From a virus (Duplodnaviria > Caudoviricetes), in IMG/VR virus record IMGVR_UViG_3300037424_000623, positions 1 to 43,258 of that record: 43,258 nt of DNA; one strand, given 5' to 3'. Positions within the stretch are counted from its first letter, which is position 1. Each line of letters opens with the position of its first letter. A program made the translations under genes and the position numbers. The notes under the pieces were generated by a model. That model worked only from the letters and a program-made list of their open reading frames with translations, had not been told where the DNA came from and searched no databases. Positions 33,122-42,617 of this stretch are shown here, piece after piece.

Positions 33122-34700
33122 GCAAGCTGAGAATGTCGATTTTAGTCTGAATCCTGGGCAATACTCATTGGACTGCAAACTTCAGTGGGTACGTCTTAAA
33201 GGATGGCCTATTCGTATGTGGGTGCCTAAGACGAGGCAACCGGGAGTATCGGCATATATCCTTGGACGTTTCACGGTGAAGGCTACTTCGCTTCCTAATA
33301 GGAATGTTCGTATTGTCGCTCATAATACTATAGCCACGCAGAGGATGCTTGCGCGGGTAAAGTATTACTTGAAGCACCTGAAGGGTCCACAGCAGGAGTT
33401 GCATTATAATACAAGAAATGAGTTGTCTTTTCCTGAGACGGATTCGACGATCTCTATATATACTGCTGGGTCTCCTGAGGCGGCTCGGAGCGATTGGATT
33501 ACTGATCTTCATTGTTCGGAGGTTGCCTTTTGGCCAGACCCTAAGCCAATGACTGCGGCGCTATTTCAAACAGTTCCGAGCACCGGGGAGATTTTTTGTG
33601 AGTCGACGGGTAATGGGGCGCAGACTTGGTATCATAGGCAATGCTTATATGCCAGGAATATGAACTATGATGCGCAGCTTCATTTTATTCCTTGGACTCT
33701 TGTACCTGAATATACAGTGCCTTATGATTCTAAGACTATAGGATCTGTAGAGCTGCTTGTCGATTTTGAGGAGCCCGAGCTACTTAGGAAGTACCCGACA
33801 CTTACGCCGGGTCAATTGCTTTGGAGGAGAATAAAGATTCGCCAGATGGATATGGATATTGCTCTGTTTAAGCAGGAATATCCTATGTTTCTGGAAGAGT
33901 GTTTTATGCTCGCCAAGACTTCGTTCTTTCATCGAGTAGTCCATACTCCGGGAGATCATTGGAAGATCATTGATAGGAACTTTGCCCTTCGCCATGGGTT
34001 TCCTCGGAAGGATATGCACTATGCGATAGGAGTCGATGTCAGTGCTGGGGTGGATCAGGATCGAAGTGTTATACAAGTTCTTTGCTATGAAACGGGGGAG
34101 CAAGTTGCTGAATATGCTAGCTCGACTGTTGCCCCAGATGCTCTGGCAGTAGAGATTGAGTACATTGGGAAGCTGTTCTATTGGGAATATCAAGATAAGA
34201 AGGATCACAGAAAAAAGAATCTTTGCTTCCCGTTGTTGGTTGTTGAATCGAATAACTATGGTATTGCTACGCTTCAGGCGCTGGATCAAAGGAAGATCTA
34301 TCCACGAGCGATGATTTTCTCGGATGGGCGAAATAGCAGCGTTACAGGCACCGGATATATGACGACGAAGAAGAACAAACCTATGTATTGCTCTGAGGTT
34401 CGACGTGCTCTGGCTGCTGGAGAGTTGGTGTTTTCGAGTGATGACCTTATGGAAGAAGTCTCTGCCTTTACTGGAGAGCTCAAAGCCATGGATGGCTCTT
34501 ACGATGACCGGGTAATTGCTTTTTGTATGGCGTTTATAGGACTTCAAAATCTACCGTATCTAATTGCTGGTCAGGCAATAAAGGCTCCTATATTCTCAGA
34601 GCCTACATATGAGAGTCCTTTTGATCCTAAAGACTTTACTGATGAGCCCGTATTTGACGCGCAGCCTCTTATGGCTCAACATAGCTGGTTGGAGTATTAA
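33024..34700 (+). CDS. terL: Terminase large subunit
   Basis: KTRQPGVS Walker A, LHCSEVAFW Walker B, ESTGNG, FKQEYP, nuclease IGVDVSAG/VESNNYG/DDRVIA. The true start may be 33093. Confidence 0.92.
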   Translation: MSNLLTMSGLPKSPWMGTAEGALMETILRIANKQAENVDFSLNPGQYSLDCKLQWVRLKGWPIRMWVPKTRQPGVSAYILGRFTVKATSLPNRNVRIVAHNTIATQRMLARVKYYLKHLKGPQQELHYNTRNELSFPETDSTISIYTAGSPEAARSDWITDLHCSEVAFWPDPKPMTAALFQTVPSTGEIFCESTGNGAQTWYHRQCLYARNMNYDAQLHFIPWTLVPEYTVPYDSKTIGSVELLVDFEEPELLRKYPTLTPGQLLWRRIKIRQMDMDIALFKQEYPMFLEECFMLAKTSFFHRVVHTPGDHWKIIDRNFALRHGFPRKDMHYAIGVDVSAGVDQDRSVIQVLCYETGEQVAEYASSTVAPDALAVEIEYIGKLFYWEYQDKKDHRKKNLCFPLLVVESNNYGIATLQALDQRKIYPRAMIFSDGRNSSVTGTGYMTTKKNKPMYCSEVRRALAAGELVFSSDDLMEEVSAFTGELKAMDGSYDDRVIAFCMAFIGLQNLPYLIAGQAIKAPIFSEPTYESPFDPKDFTDEPVFDAQPLMAQHSWLEY

Positions 34701-36412
34701 TGTATAGACTGGAAGGATACACTACTAAAGGTAAGCCTAATATCAACTGGTGGCTTGAACAGATCAATGCCGGAGAGCGATATAGGAAACTAAAGGCCAT
34801 GCAGGATAAGTGGGAGATTTATAATAGGTTCTATAGAAACCATTTCCGGCCGGGGATTTTCACAAAGAATATGTTCTTTACTATGAGACGTTCGATGGTC
34901 CCGAGGACATATTTTCGTAATCCATCAATTAGTGTAACACCTACCAAGCCCGGAGCGGAGCACCTGGCATTAGCTAGGATTATGGAGCGCGTTTTAAACT
35001 CGCTTACCAAGACGATGGATATTAAGCGCCAGATGCAACGGATGGTAGATACAGCCTTCATCACTGGAACTGGCGTTGGGAAGCTTGGTTTTGGTGCTCA
35101 GAGAACTCCTACACCCGAGCCAGGGGGTACGGAAATTCCTATTGACAAGAGTGGTCGTAGGTATGAATATCATATGGGCTTACAGGATAATATGCCCTGG
35201 TTTCAGGCGATTACGGACGTAGAGAATTTTATCTTGCCGCAGGATTGCGCCACGCAGGAAAGTGCTTGGTTTCAGGCGCATAGACTCATTCCTTATGAGG
35301 ATGATGTTATTAGTGATCCACGTTATCCGAAGGGTATATTTAAAGATAAGCTTCTTCTAAAGAAAAGTATCTTTGGCCCCTTAGAAGCTGAGCCAATAAT
35401 CTTCGGCTCTTCGGATATGCCTAGTAGAGATACTATTGAACTGTTGGAGATTCGAGATCGTCGAAATAGGCAGGTACTTGTACTGGCCCCGGGAAGAGCT
35501 GAGGATGAACTTATTCAGCAGGATGACGAACTACAGACGGATCATTCGAGTCCTTTCTACATCTACACGCCTAATCCTGATGTCTTCACGGTTTGGGGCG
35601 TTGCAGATGCTACGATCTTGTATCAATATCAATTGCAGTTGAATGAAATAAAGACGAAGATGCATTGGCATATGCGTCGATCTCTGGTAAAGCTTCTAGC
35701 CGAGACGGGAATTCTTGATCCTGAGCAAGAGGCTAAGTTTCTCAGAGAAGATGTCTCTGCTGTTTGTTATGTAGCAAACATTAATAAGATCAAGATTATT
35801 GAGACTGATCATATTCCCGAAGCTTTGTTTCGTATGGAGGCTGAGGTAATGAATGACATCCGTGAGACTATGGGCTTTAGTAGAAACGCTTTTGGCGAAT
35901 ACCAAGCAAAGTCTCATGGACCTACAGCCACAGAGACTCGTGAAGTTTCTAGGGCTTTGGATCTCCGTATGGATGAGCGAAGGGATAATCTTGCTGATAC
36001 TTATATGCAGATTATGGAAGATACCATGCGAATTATCTTCCACCATTGGGGTCGTGAGCAGGTGATTAAGGTACTAGATCCTGTAGGAGTAGCTGTTTGG
36101 GTACGCTTCACGGGAACTATGTTGAGGCAAGGGGATTACGAGATTAAGATCATCCCGGATTCCACGTTACCTGAGACTAAGGAGATTCGAGAAAAACGTG
36201 CCTTATCTTACTATGATCGCCTGTCGCAAAATCCCTTGGTGAGCAATCTTAATCTTACCAAGTTTCTTCTCGGAGAACTCCCTGGGGTATCCCTGGAAGA
36301 TATTCTACTTGAACAGCCAGCGCAAACGGCGGAGCCACTTTCTATGAATGAATATGCTAGTAGGTTGTCTGGAGGAGCTAGGCCAACTCCTCCAATGCTT
36401 CCGCCAACTTAA
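34700..36412 (+). CDS. Portal protein
   Basis: 570 aa after TerL; YFRNPSI, GTGVGKLGF and TATE motifs of podovirus portals. Confidence 0.85.
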   Translation: MYRLEGYTTKGKPNINWWLEQINAGERYRKLKAMQDKWEIYNRFYRNHFRPGIFTKNMFFTMRRSMVPRTYFRNPSISVTPTKPGAEHLALARIMERVLNSLTKTMDIKRQMQRMVDTAFITGTGVGKLGFGAQRTPTPEPGGTEIPIDKSGRRYEYHMGLQDNMPWFQAITDVENFILPQDCATQESAWFQAHRLIPYEDDVISDPRYPKGIFKDKLLLKKSIFGPLEAEPIIFGSSDMPSRDTIELLEIRDRRNRQVLVLAPGRAEDELIQQDDELQTDHSSPFYIYTPNPDVFTVWGVADATILYQYQLQLNEIKTKMHWHMRRSLVKLLAETGILDPEQEAKFLREDVSAVCYVANINKIKIIETDHIPEALFRMEAEVMNDIRETMGFSRNAFGEYQAKSHGPTATETREVSRALDLRMDERRDNLADTYMQIMEDTMRIIFHHWGREQVIKVLDPVGVAVWVRFTGTMLRQGDYEIKIIPDSTLPETKEIREKRALSYYDRLSQNPLVSNLNLTKFLLGELPGVSLEDILLEQPAQTAEPLSMNEYASRLSGGARPTPPMLPPT

Positions 36413-36424
36413 TTAGAGGTATCT

Positions 36425-36640
36425 ATGGACTTCAAATTTCTTGAGACCTTATTTTCCCGAGTTCCTCCAGATAGTATTGCCATCGTTATTTTAGCCATTG
36501 TTATCTGGAGAATCTCCAGCGAGAATAAGAAAAAGGATCTGGAAGAGACCAAATTCACTGTGAATCGCCTGACGATGCTTGGTTTGGCTCTTATAGTATC
36601 CAGACTTGTAATTTACTTCGGTGATGCTTTTGTCAAATAG
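36425..36640 (+). CDS. Small two-TM membrane protein (holin candidate)
   Basis: Two hydrophobic segments in 71 aa, near the lysozyme. Confidence 0.5.
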   Translation: MDFKFLETLFSRVPPDSIAIVILAIVIWRISSENKKKDLEETKFTVNRLTMLGLALIVSRLVIYFGDAFVK

Positions 36641-36661
36641 CTTTTTGTGGGGGGTTTAGAG

Positions 36662-37357
36662 ATGAAGAGATTTATCGCTTTATTAGTAGCAATTGGTGTG
36701 ATGGTTGTTACCATTGGAATATCTGCAAATTTTACGAAGACTTATGTTGTTCCTACTCGTAGGGATTACATAAAAAATGACCGGCAGGAAATTGCTGAGC
36801 TGTCATATGATTTTGACGCGTTGATTGCTCATTATAACGCTCTTAGAACATCCGTTACCTATGGCACCATTGATCTTCCTTTAACCGGATGGCGAGAGGT
36901 TGATGCCACGGGAGATGTTGGTGATGCCACAGCGGATGGAGGAATCCTACGTAGTGATACAACTCCTTTCTTAGAAGCCATTACAGGAGTTACTAAGAAA
37001 GCTCAGCAAGTAAATTGGGTCGCTTCTAATAACGATCCAATAATGTATCAGTTTAGTCTTCCCTACGATTTCAAAACCTCATCCGATGTTATTGTGGATC
37101 TTCGAGTAGCTTCAGATGGAACCACCGATGCGGTCGCTTTTCACGTTTATTACTTTATCGACGAGGACGATGCTACAGGAGATGCCACTGGAGATACCCA
37201 AACTTCTACATCTTATGGTTCTATTGAGTATACGATTCCGGCAAGTGACATTACTATCGACACAACTGGGATGACGCTTATTCTCGTTCCCTTAGCTCAT
37301 ACAACGGATAAAGTATACTTGTCTCGCGCTCGTCTTAAGTATATCAGGAATTTTTAA
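36662..37357 (+). CDS. Hypothetical protein with signal-peptide-like N-terminus and acidic beta-rich domain
   Basis: MKRFIALLVAIGVMVVTIGISA; DATGD repeated three times. Confidence 0.65.
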   Translation: MKRFIALLVAIGVMVVTIGISANFTKTYVVPTRRDYIKNDRQEIAELSYDFDALIAHYNALRTSVTYGTIDLPLTGWREVDATGDVGDATADGGILRSDTTPFLEAITGVTKKAQQVNWVASNNDPIMYQFSLPYDFKTSSDVIVDLRVASDGTTDAVAFHVYYFIDEDDATGDATGDTQTSTSYGSIEYTIPASDITIDTTGMTLILVPLAHTTDKVYLSRARLKYIRNF

Positions 37358-37668
37358 TGCCTGTGGCGATGAGCCCCACGGAGTTAGGAGTTGTAGCCAT
37401 AGTGCTCCTCTTAGCAATGAAGGAAGTTATTAAGTTTGCCAAAGATCTTATTTCGCCTATGCTGTCAAAAGATAAAGATGCGAAAGAGCGTATTCAACGA
37501 GATACTGTAAATGATAGTATCTTAAAGCAACTTGCGGCTTCTATGGAAAAGCAAGTAACTATTTTGCAGCGGATAGAGTTTCTTATCTCTACCCAAGCTG
37601 AGTCTTTTCGTGAGTTTGTACATCACTTTCATGAGCATGAGAAAGATATGCTCGAACATAAAAATTAA
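37357..37668 (+). CDS. Single-TM coiled-coil protein (lysis accessory candidate)
   Basis: N-terminal TM then a helical region. Confidence 0.5.
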   Translation: MPVAMSPTELGVVAIVLLLAMKEVIKFAKDLISPMLSKDKDAKERIQRDTVNDSILKQLAASMEKQVTILQRIEFLISTQAESFREFVHHFHEHEKDMLEHKN

Positions 37669-37677
37669 GGAGTCTTT

Positions 37678-37893
37678 ATGGAATGGTCAGATATTGTATT
37701 GGTTCTTATTGGGCTTGCTATTGGTTACGGTCCCGCAGCTTTGAAGATTGTTAAACTAAAGGGACTTGTCGTCGGAGCCGCTAAGTACCTAGACGGTCTT
37801 AGTGACCCTAATCCACAGATTCGCCAGGATGCCATTGCTAAGGGAATATCTGAGGTGGCAACAATCATCGATAAATACATTCCGAAGAAATAA
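37678..37893 (+). CDS. Small membrane protein (holin candidate)
   Basis: N-terminal TM, AAGGAG RBS, directly upstream of the lysozyme. Confidence 0.5.
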   Translation: MEWSDIVLVLIGLAIGYGPAALKIVKLKGLVVGAAKYLDGLSDPNPQIRQDAIAKGISEVATIIDKYIPKK

Positions 37894-37914
37894 TCGGATT
37901 TCCTGGAGAGACTT

Positions 37915-38334
37915 ATGGATATTAATCTTTTAAAGCAAGAACTCATAAAGGATGAGAAAGAGGTTCTCATGCCTTACAGAGACTCAGAAGGTTTTTTAAC
38001 TGTGGGTGTTGGGCATAATTTGGACGCTAAGGGAATATCTAAGGCAGTGAGTGCTCTTATGCTTGACGAGGATATTTTGGAAGTGCTAGCCGAGATAGGT
38101 CGTAAGCTTCCTTGGTGGTCGACACTCGATCCTGTAAGACAACGCGTCATTGCTAATATGGTGTTCAACCTTGGGATGGCTAAGTTTCTTAAATTTAAGA
38201 ATACTATCAAATTAATTCATGCTGGTAACTACCTTGTGGCTGCTGATGAGATGCTTAATAGCAAATGGGCGATGCAGGTAGGTCCTAGGGCCGATAGGTT
38301 ATCCTCAATGATGCGTACTGGGGAGGTTAAATGA
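37915..38334 (+). CDS. Endolysin, GH24/T4-type lysozyme
   Basis: DE....PYRDSEGFLTVGVGHNL, NMVFNLG, SKWAMQVGPRA.RL. Confidence 0.92.
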   Translation: MDINLLKQELIKDEKEVLMPYRDSEGFLTVGVGHNLDAKGISKAVSALMLDEDILEVLAEIGRKLPWWSTLDPVRQRVIANMVFNLGMAKFLKFKNTIKLIHAGNYLVAADEMLNSKWAMQVGPRADRLSSMMRTGEVK

Positions 38335-38978
38335 GAATTGCCTTATGTACCCCAGGAGATTCTTTTACCCCTGGATTTATTCGAGGCCTAGTCAATACCG
38401 TAACGATCCTAGCATCGAGTGGCATTGAAATCCTTCATAGCCAAGAATCTGGCTCGCTCGTCGCAACTGTGAGAAACATGACTGCCGGAGGCGCATCTAA
38501 ACTTGGTCGTATGCAGAAACCATTCAATGGTAAGGTCCGTTACGATTATATGCTCTGGATAGACTCTGATCAAGGATTTGCCTTTGATGACCTAGCCAAG
38601 CTAATGGAGCGAAAACGTGATATCTGCGCTGGCTGGTGTAAGACGACAGGGGGAAATTCCAACATCGGTCTGACCTTCGACGTCGATAATTTTCGAAAAA
38701 CTGGCGATATTCCTTTAATGTCCCCTGAAGCTGTAAAGAAGCAGAAAGCTCCCTTCAAAGTAGACTTTGTTGGTTTTGGTTTCGTGCTTATTGCCCGAGG
38801 GGTGTTTGAAAAGATTCCATATCCTTGGTTTTCCCATGATGATATTACTATGGAAAATGGGGTAGTTCGTCAACTCGGAGAAGACTTTACCTTCTGTCGA
38901 AAGGCTCGCGAAGCTGGATTTTCTATTTGGGTAGATCCTGAGGTTCGTGTCAGCCATTATAAATCATTTGAAATATAA
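38331..38978 (+). CDS. GT2-like (GT-A fold) glycosyltransferase
   Basis: YDYMLWIDSD (DxD), VDFVGFGFVLI, PYPWF, GEDFTFC, IWVDP...H. Confidence 0.85.
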   Translation: MRIALCTPGDSFTPGFIRGLVNTVTILASSGIEILHSQESGSLVATVRNMTAGGASKLGRMQKPFNGKVRYDYMLWIDSDQGFAFDDLAKLMERKRDICAGWCKTTGGNSNIGLTFDVDNFRKTGDIPLMSPEAVKKQKAPFKVDFVGFGFVLIARGVFEKIPYPWFSHDDITMENGVVRQLGEDFTFCRKAREAGFSIWVDPEVRVSHYKSFEI

Positions 38979-38987
38979 GGAGTCTCT

Positions 38988-39431
38988 ATGGCAGAACAGC
39001 CTAAGATAAATATCCAAAAGAAAGACAAAAGCCCAGTGGACCCAATTGATCAAAAGCCTATGACGCTCGAAGAGGCCCGGCTTTTAGATAAACAAACTGG
39101 AGGAGCCGCTGCTCTAGAGCCTAAGGCGAAGACGGCCCCGGTGCCGAGAAAGGATTATACTCAAATACCCGAGCCTCCAATGGTATTGGTTCGACCAGAT
39201 AATAAGGAACCTACCCAAATGATTATACAGTTCAATCGCTTTGGACAGATTTCCAATATCGTCTTCCAGGGTGATTCTGCCTTGGTCTGCACATCGGGAC
39301 GTATGCGTAGCTGGGTTGGTACTATAAACTCCCTAGCAGAGATTGCTCGCCGGCGCCAGCACCAAGATCGAATCGTCGCTAACGAAAAAGTGGCCCTTGA
39401 AGCCGCTAAATCTTCTTCCAAGAAAAAATAA
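38988..39431 (+). CDS. Hypothetical protein
   Basis: 147 aa, AAGGAG RBS. Confidence 0.65.
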   Translation: MAEQPKINIQKKDKSPVDPIDQKPMTLEEARLLDKQTGGAAALEPKAKTAPVPRKDYTQIPEPPMVLVRPDNKEPTQMIIQFNRFGQISNIVFQGDSALVCTSGRMRSWVGTINSLAEIARRRQHQDRIVANEKVALEAAKSSSKKK

Positions 39432-39451
39432 CCTATTCCTAGGAGAGTATA

Positions 39452-40213
39452 ATGAGTGGTTTCGAATTTTTCAAAAAGCCTACTGCGCCACAAGGCGCTA
39501 TTGATCCTGCACAAGGTGATGCTTCTACTAGGCTCACTGAGTTGTTGGAATTTGTAAGAACCGCTGTTGGGAGTATGCAATCTCAGGTGGATAGCCTCGA
39601 CAGCCGGATGACTCAAGTCGTTTCAAATTTCGGAGGTCGCCAAGATCCACCAAAGAAGCCCGATAATGAATCGCCAGTCTCTAAGCTTCAGACTATGTCT
39701 GAAGAAGAATTAGAGCAACTTTCCCGTAAGGAACTGTTAGCCTTGCAACAACAGGAACTTACCAATGTCGTAACTGGTGCGATGAAAGATATTCTCACTC
39801 CATTCAATGATCGATTGAGTGGAATTGAGCAGAACTCGCACAAAAACAAGGCGCAATCCGAACTGGAAAAGTTCGTCGGTGCCGCAGTGGATGGCAAGCC
39901 TAAGTATCCAGATTGGAAAGATTACTTTCCTGCTATGAAGGAAATCCTTAGTACCGCGAAAGGTATCTCAATCTTCGATGCTTACACTATGTCCAAAGCG
40001 CGGCTGAAGGAATCTGATCCAAATAAGTTCACTGAGATTGAAGAAAAGCATTTTCCAAAGGCTCCGACTCCTCAACAGTTCTCTTATGGTGGACAACGGG
40101 TCGCTTCCCGTTCTACACCCACTAAGGATACGAATATGAGTCTGGACGACGCAATGGATTCTGTAGCTCAGGAATTTCAGGAACTTCACGGGCCTTTGCC
40201 TGACATAAACTAA
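39452..40213 (+). CDS. Capsid scaffolding protein
   Basis: Helical and charged, KYPDW and DAY motifs, immediately upstream of the capsid gene. Confidence 0.7.
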   Translation: MSGFEFFKKPTAPQGAIDPAQGDASTRLTELLEFVRTAVGSMQSQVDSLDSRMTQVVSNFGGRQDPPKKPDNESPVSKLQTMSEEELEQLSRKELLALQQQELTNVVTGAMKDILTPFNDRLSGIEQNSHKNKAQSELEKFVGAAVDGKPKYPDWKDYFPAMKEILSTAKGISIFDAYTMSKARLKESDPNKFTEIEEKHFPKAPTPQQFSYGGQRVASRSTPTKDTNMSLDDAMDSVAQEFQELHGPLPDIN

Positions 40214-40225
40214 ACTGAGATGGTT

Positions 40226-40242
40226 TGTCCAATTGCTGGACA
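40226..40242. promoter_or_regulatory. Palindrome TGTCCA-N5-TGGACA, copy 5 (intergenic, upstream of capsid)
   Basis: ttgtccaattgctggacaa. Confidence 0.75.
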
Positions 40243-40287
40243 ATCTGAGTGGGTTCAATTTTCGGAATTCTATTTTGAGGATTTGAA

Positions 40288-41304
40288 ATGGCTTATAGAA
40301 CAAGAACTGAGTACATCAATGATATGTTCGTATCTACATACGATCGGTCGATTGGTGGGTTACGAGATCAGGTCTTCGATCCTTATTCAAGTGTTTTTTG
40401 GGCCACGCTGCGTATGAAGGGCGGGCTACAGAAGAAACTTGGAGGTACGAAGGTTAAGTATGATCTTGAAGTTGGTAAGAATGAGCAGATTTATTGGTTG
40501 AAGAAAGGCGGCGCGACTGAGCTGCATGACTTCGACATCCTGGATCAGGCTCGTTATGGTTGGTATCGGGCTAGTAAGCCGATCGTGAGATGGTGGGCCG
40601 ATGACCAGGAAAATGCTGGCGATGCAGAGATCTATGACACGATTAAGCGTAAGATCACGAATACGATGAATTCGTGGAGAGAAGATCTCGATTCTCATCT
40701 GCTGGGTGCGAATGATGAGTCGGGAACTACTGTCGCGAATGCGCCTCCGGGAATTCAGCATTTGATCTCGACTGACGGGACTGGAACAGTTGGGGAGATT
40801 GATGCTGCTACTTATACTTGGTGGAAGAATCAGTTTATCAATTATCAAGGTACAACTGATTATGTGACCACTATAAATAGTCCAACTGCCGCAGATTTCT
40901 TGTCTACTGGGCAATCTGCTATGCGGGAAATGGTAAAGTTGTGCATGGGGAAAACTTCGCTGATCTTTACCACGTGGGGAATGTACAAGTTGCTGCAGGC
41001 CGATTTGATGTCCTACTACCAATGGTATGGACAGCAGCCAGCAGATTTGGGAATTCTTGTCAAAACACTCTACTGGGAAGGTATCCCAATCGTTTGGGGG
41101 TCCAACTGTCCGGGTGGGCAAATGTATTTCTTGGATATGGATGGCCTTAAGTTTACTTATGATCCGAGATACTTTTTCAAGCTGGGTCAGTGGATGGCTA
41201 TTCCTGATCAGCCGGAAGATATGGTTGTTCATACCTTGTTGGCTTGTTCGTTTGGTCTGAGTAGTCGGCGGACACAGGGGCTTATTCACGGTCTTCCAGT
41301 ATAA
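40288..41304 (+). CDS. Major capsid protein (HK97 fold)
   Basis: 338 aa; GGTKV, GTVGEIDAATYTWWKNQ, MYFLD and SRRTQG motifs; position after the scaffold. Confidence 0.85.
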   Translation: MAYRTRTEYINDMFVSTYDRSIGGLRDQVFDPYSSVFWATLRMKGGLQKKLGGTKVKYDLEVGKNEQIYWLKKGGATELHDFDILDQARYGWYRASKPIVRWWADDQENAGDAEIYDTIKRKITNTMNSWREDLDSHLLGANDESGTTVANAPPGIQHLISTDGTGTVGEIDAATYTWWKNQFINYQGTTDYVTTINSPTAADFLSTGQSAMREMVKLCMGKTSLIFTTWGMYKLLQADLMSYYQWYGQQPADLGILVKTLYWEGIPIVWGSNCPGGQMYFLDMDGLKFTYDPRYFFKLGQWMAIPDQPEDMVVHTLLACSFGLSSRRTQGLIHGLPV

Positions 41305-41322
41305 TTTAACGAGGAGATAAAA

Positions 41323-41799
41323 ATGAAAAAGACAAGTTGGGTAACAGATCTCTTCGATTGCTATGCCACTGACATGGAAGAGTTAGGCGCTATTCGTGAA
41401 TGGAAAGGGCGCCGCTATATGTGGGTAAAGCTGTCAATCGGGGCGGATACTCCCGCTAAGGGAGATGCGCTGGGTTTTGTTTCATCTAGTTTTACTGGAT
41501 ATACAGTTAGTACGGATGAGAGTATTTGTATTACTGACTGGCTAGCTGGGTGTATTCAGAATCAATCGGGAGTAAATGTACCTGCGGACGCGCAGTATTT
41601 CTGGATGCAAATCGATGGTCCAATTACTCTGTCTGGTACTGTGGAGGACAGTGCGGCTGCCGGTAATGCGTTGGGCCTTGGCGCTAATGATGGATTCTGT
41701 GGTAATGCTACTACTTTGAAACCTCATAGTGGCGTGTTGATCGATGCCACGGCTAAGACCGCTATCTTGCATTGTTTTCCTTTTACTTATTCACCTTAA
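41323..41799 (+). CDS. Capsid cement/decoration protein
   Basis: 158 aa; LG...GRRYMWV and QYFWMQIDG; follows the capsid gene. Confidence 0.65.
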   Translation: MKKTSWVTDLFDCYATDMEELGAIREWKGRRYMWVKLSIGADTPAKGDALGFVSSSFTGYTVSTDESICITDWLAGCIQNQSGVNVPADAQYFWMQIDGPITLSGTVEDSAAAGNALGLGANDGFCGNATTLKPHSGVLIDATAKTAILHCFPFTYSP

Positions 41800-41815
41800 A
41801 TTGACGAGGTAGTCT

Positions 41816-42616
41816 ATGGCCCTTACTAATCAACAGATGAAGTTGCGAGTAAGGGCTGGACTTGGTCGTGGCGATGCTAGGAGTGATCAAGACGATAATA
41901 TAGTCCAGTCTATTAATGATGCGCTTCTTGATTTAGTGAAGGACGTTTCTTACCCGGAGCTAAAGCAATATCCTAGGGAAGTTAGCACTGTAGCGGCACA
42001 ACCTTATGTTGCGTTGAGTGCTATTATTACCGCGGGGAGTCATCAAAGTTATGATAAGGTAGATCAAGTGTTTGCGCTGCATGCTATCGATGGCACGAGT
42101 TATTACCCATTGACCGGCCTTCCAGAGCGTGTATTTGTAAAAAGTTTTCCTATTAATGCGGCAACAGATAACCCTGCACGACCTACACATTATACGATTT
42201 TAAAAGATAGACTTTATTTATATCCTACTCCTGATGCTATATACACATTGCAGGTCTTATATTCTTTGTGGCCTACCCCAATACAGCATGCAAGTGGGGT
42301 GATAACTAGTGGAAGCGATCCGGGGCAACAAGATGCGGAACTTCCGTTGAGTAAGAGTGATCACTGTATATTTTCCGGGGCTATGTATTGGGCTTATATG
42401 ACGCTAGGAAATACGGATAAGATGAAGATGTTTTTTCCTATATTTGAGAAGCAGAAGATGCAGGATAAAAAGAAATATGGGCAGCGTTTGGACTATTATC
42501 CGTCCGGGGATTCTTGGGGATTCACGAACAGACAAGGTGTGGCTCCTAGCGAAGCTGCTCAGGAGGGTACTACTTCTTATGATGGAACAATAATTTCTAC
42601 CCCGATTTGGGATTAG
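41816..42616 (+). CDS. Head-tail adaptor / tail tubular protein A-like
   Basis: INDALLDL, RPTHY, LYLYPTPDAIYTLQVLY. Confidence 0.75.
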   Translation: MALTNQQMKLRVRAGLGRGDARSDQDDNIVQSINDALLDLVKDVSYPELKQYPREVSTVAAQPYVALSAIITAGSHQSYDKVDQVFALHAIDGTSYYPLTGLPERVFVKSFPINAATDNPARPTHYTILKDRLYLYPTPDAIYTLQVLYSLWPTPIQHASGVITSGSDPGQQDAELPLSKSDHCIFSGAMYWAYMTLGNTDKMKMFFPIFEKQKMQDKKKYGQRLDYYPSGDSWGFTNRQGVAPSEAAQEGTTSYDGTIISTPIWD

Positions 42617-42617
42617 T

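Noticed and set aside
33780-34547. 255 aa antisense ORF in TerL (likewise 7868-8689 in the ejection gene)
   Set aside because: Fully nested opposite well-supported genes, with non-protein-like composition.
40426-41289. 287 aa antisense ORF over the capsid gene
   Set aside because: Shadow ORF with no RBS or motifs; explained by the codon bias of the capsid gene.
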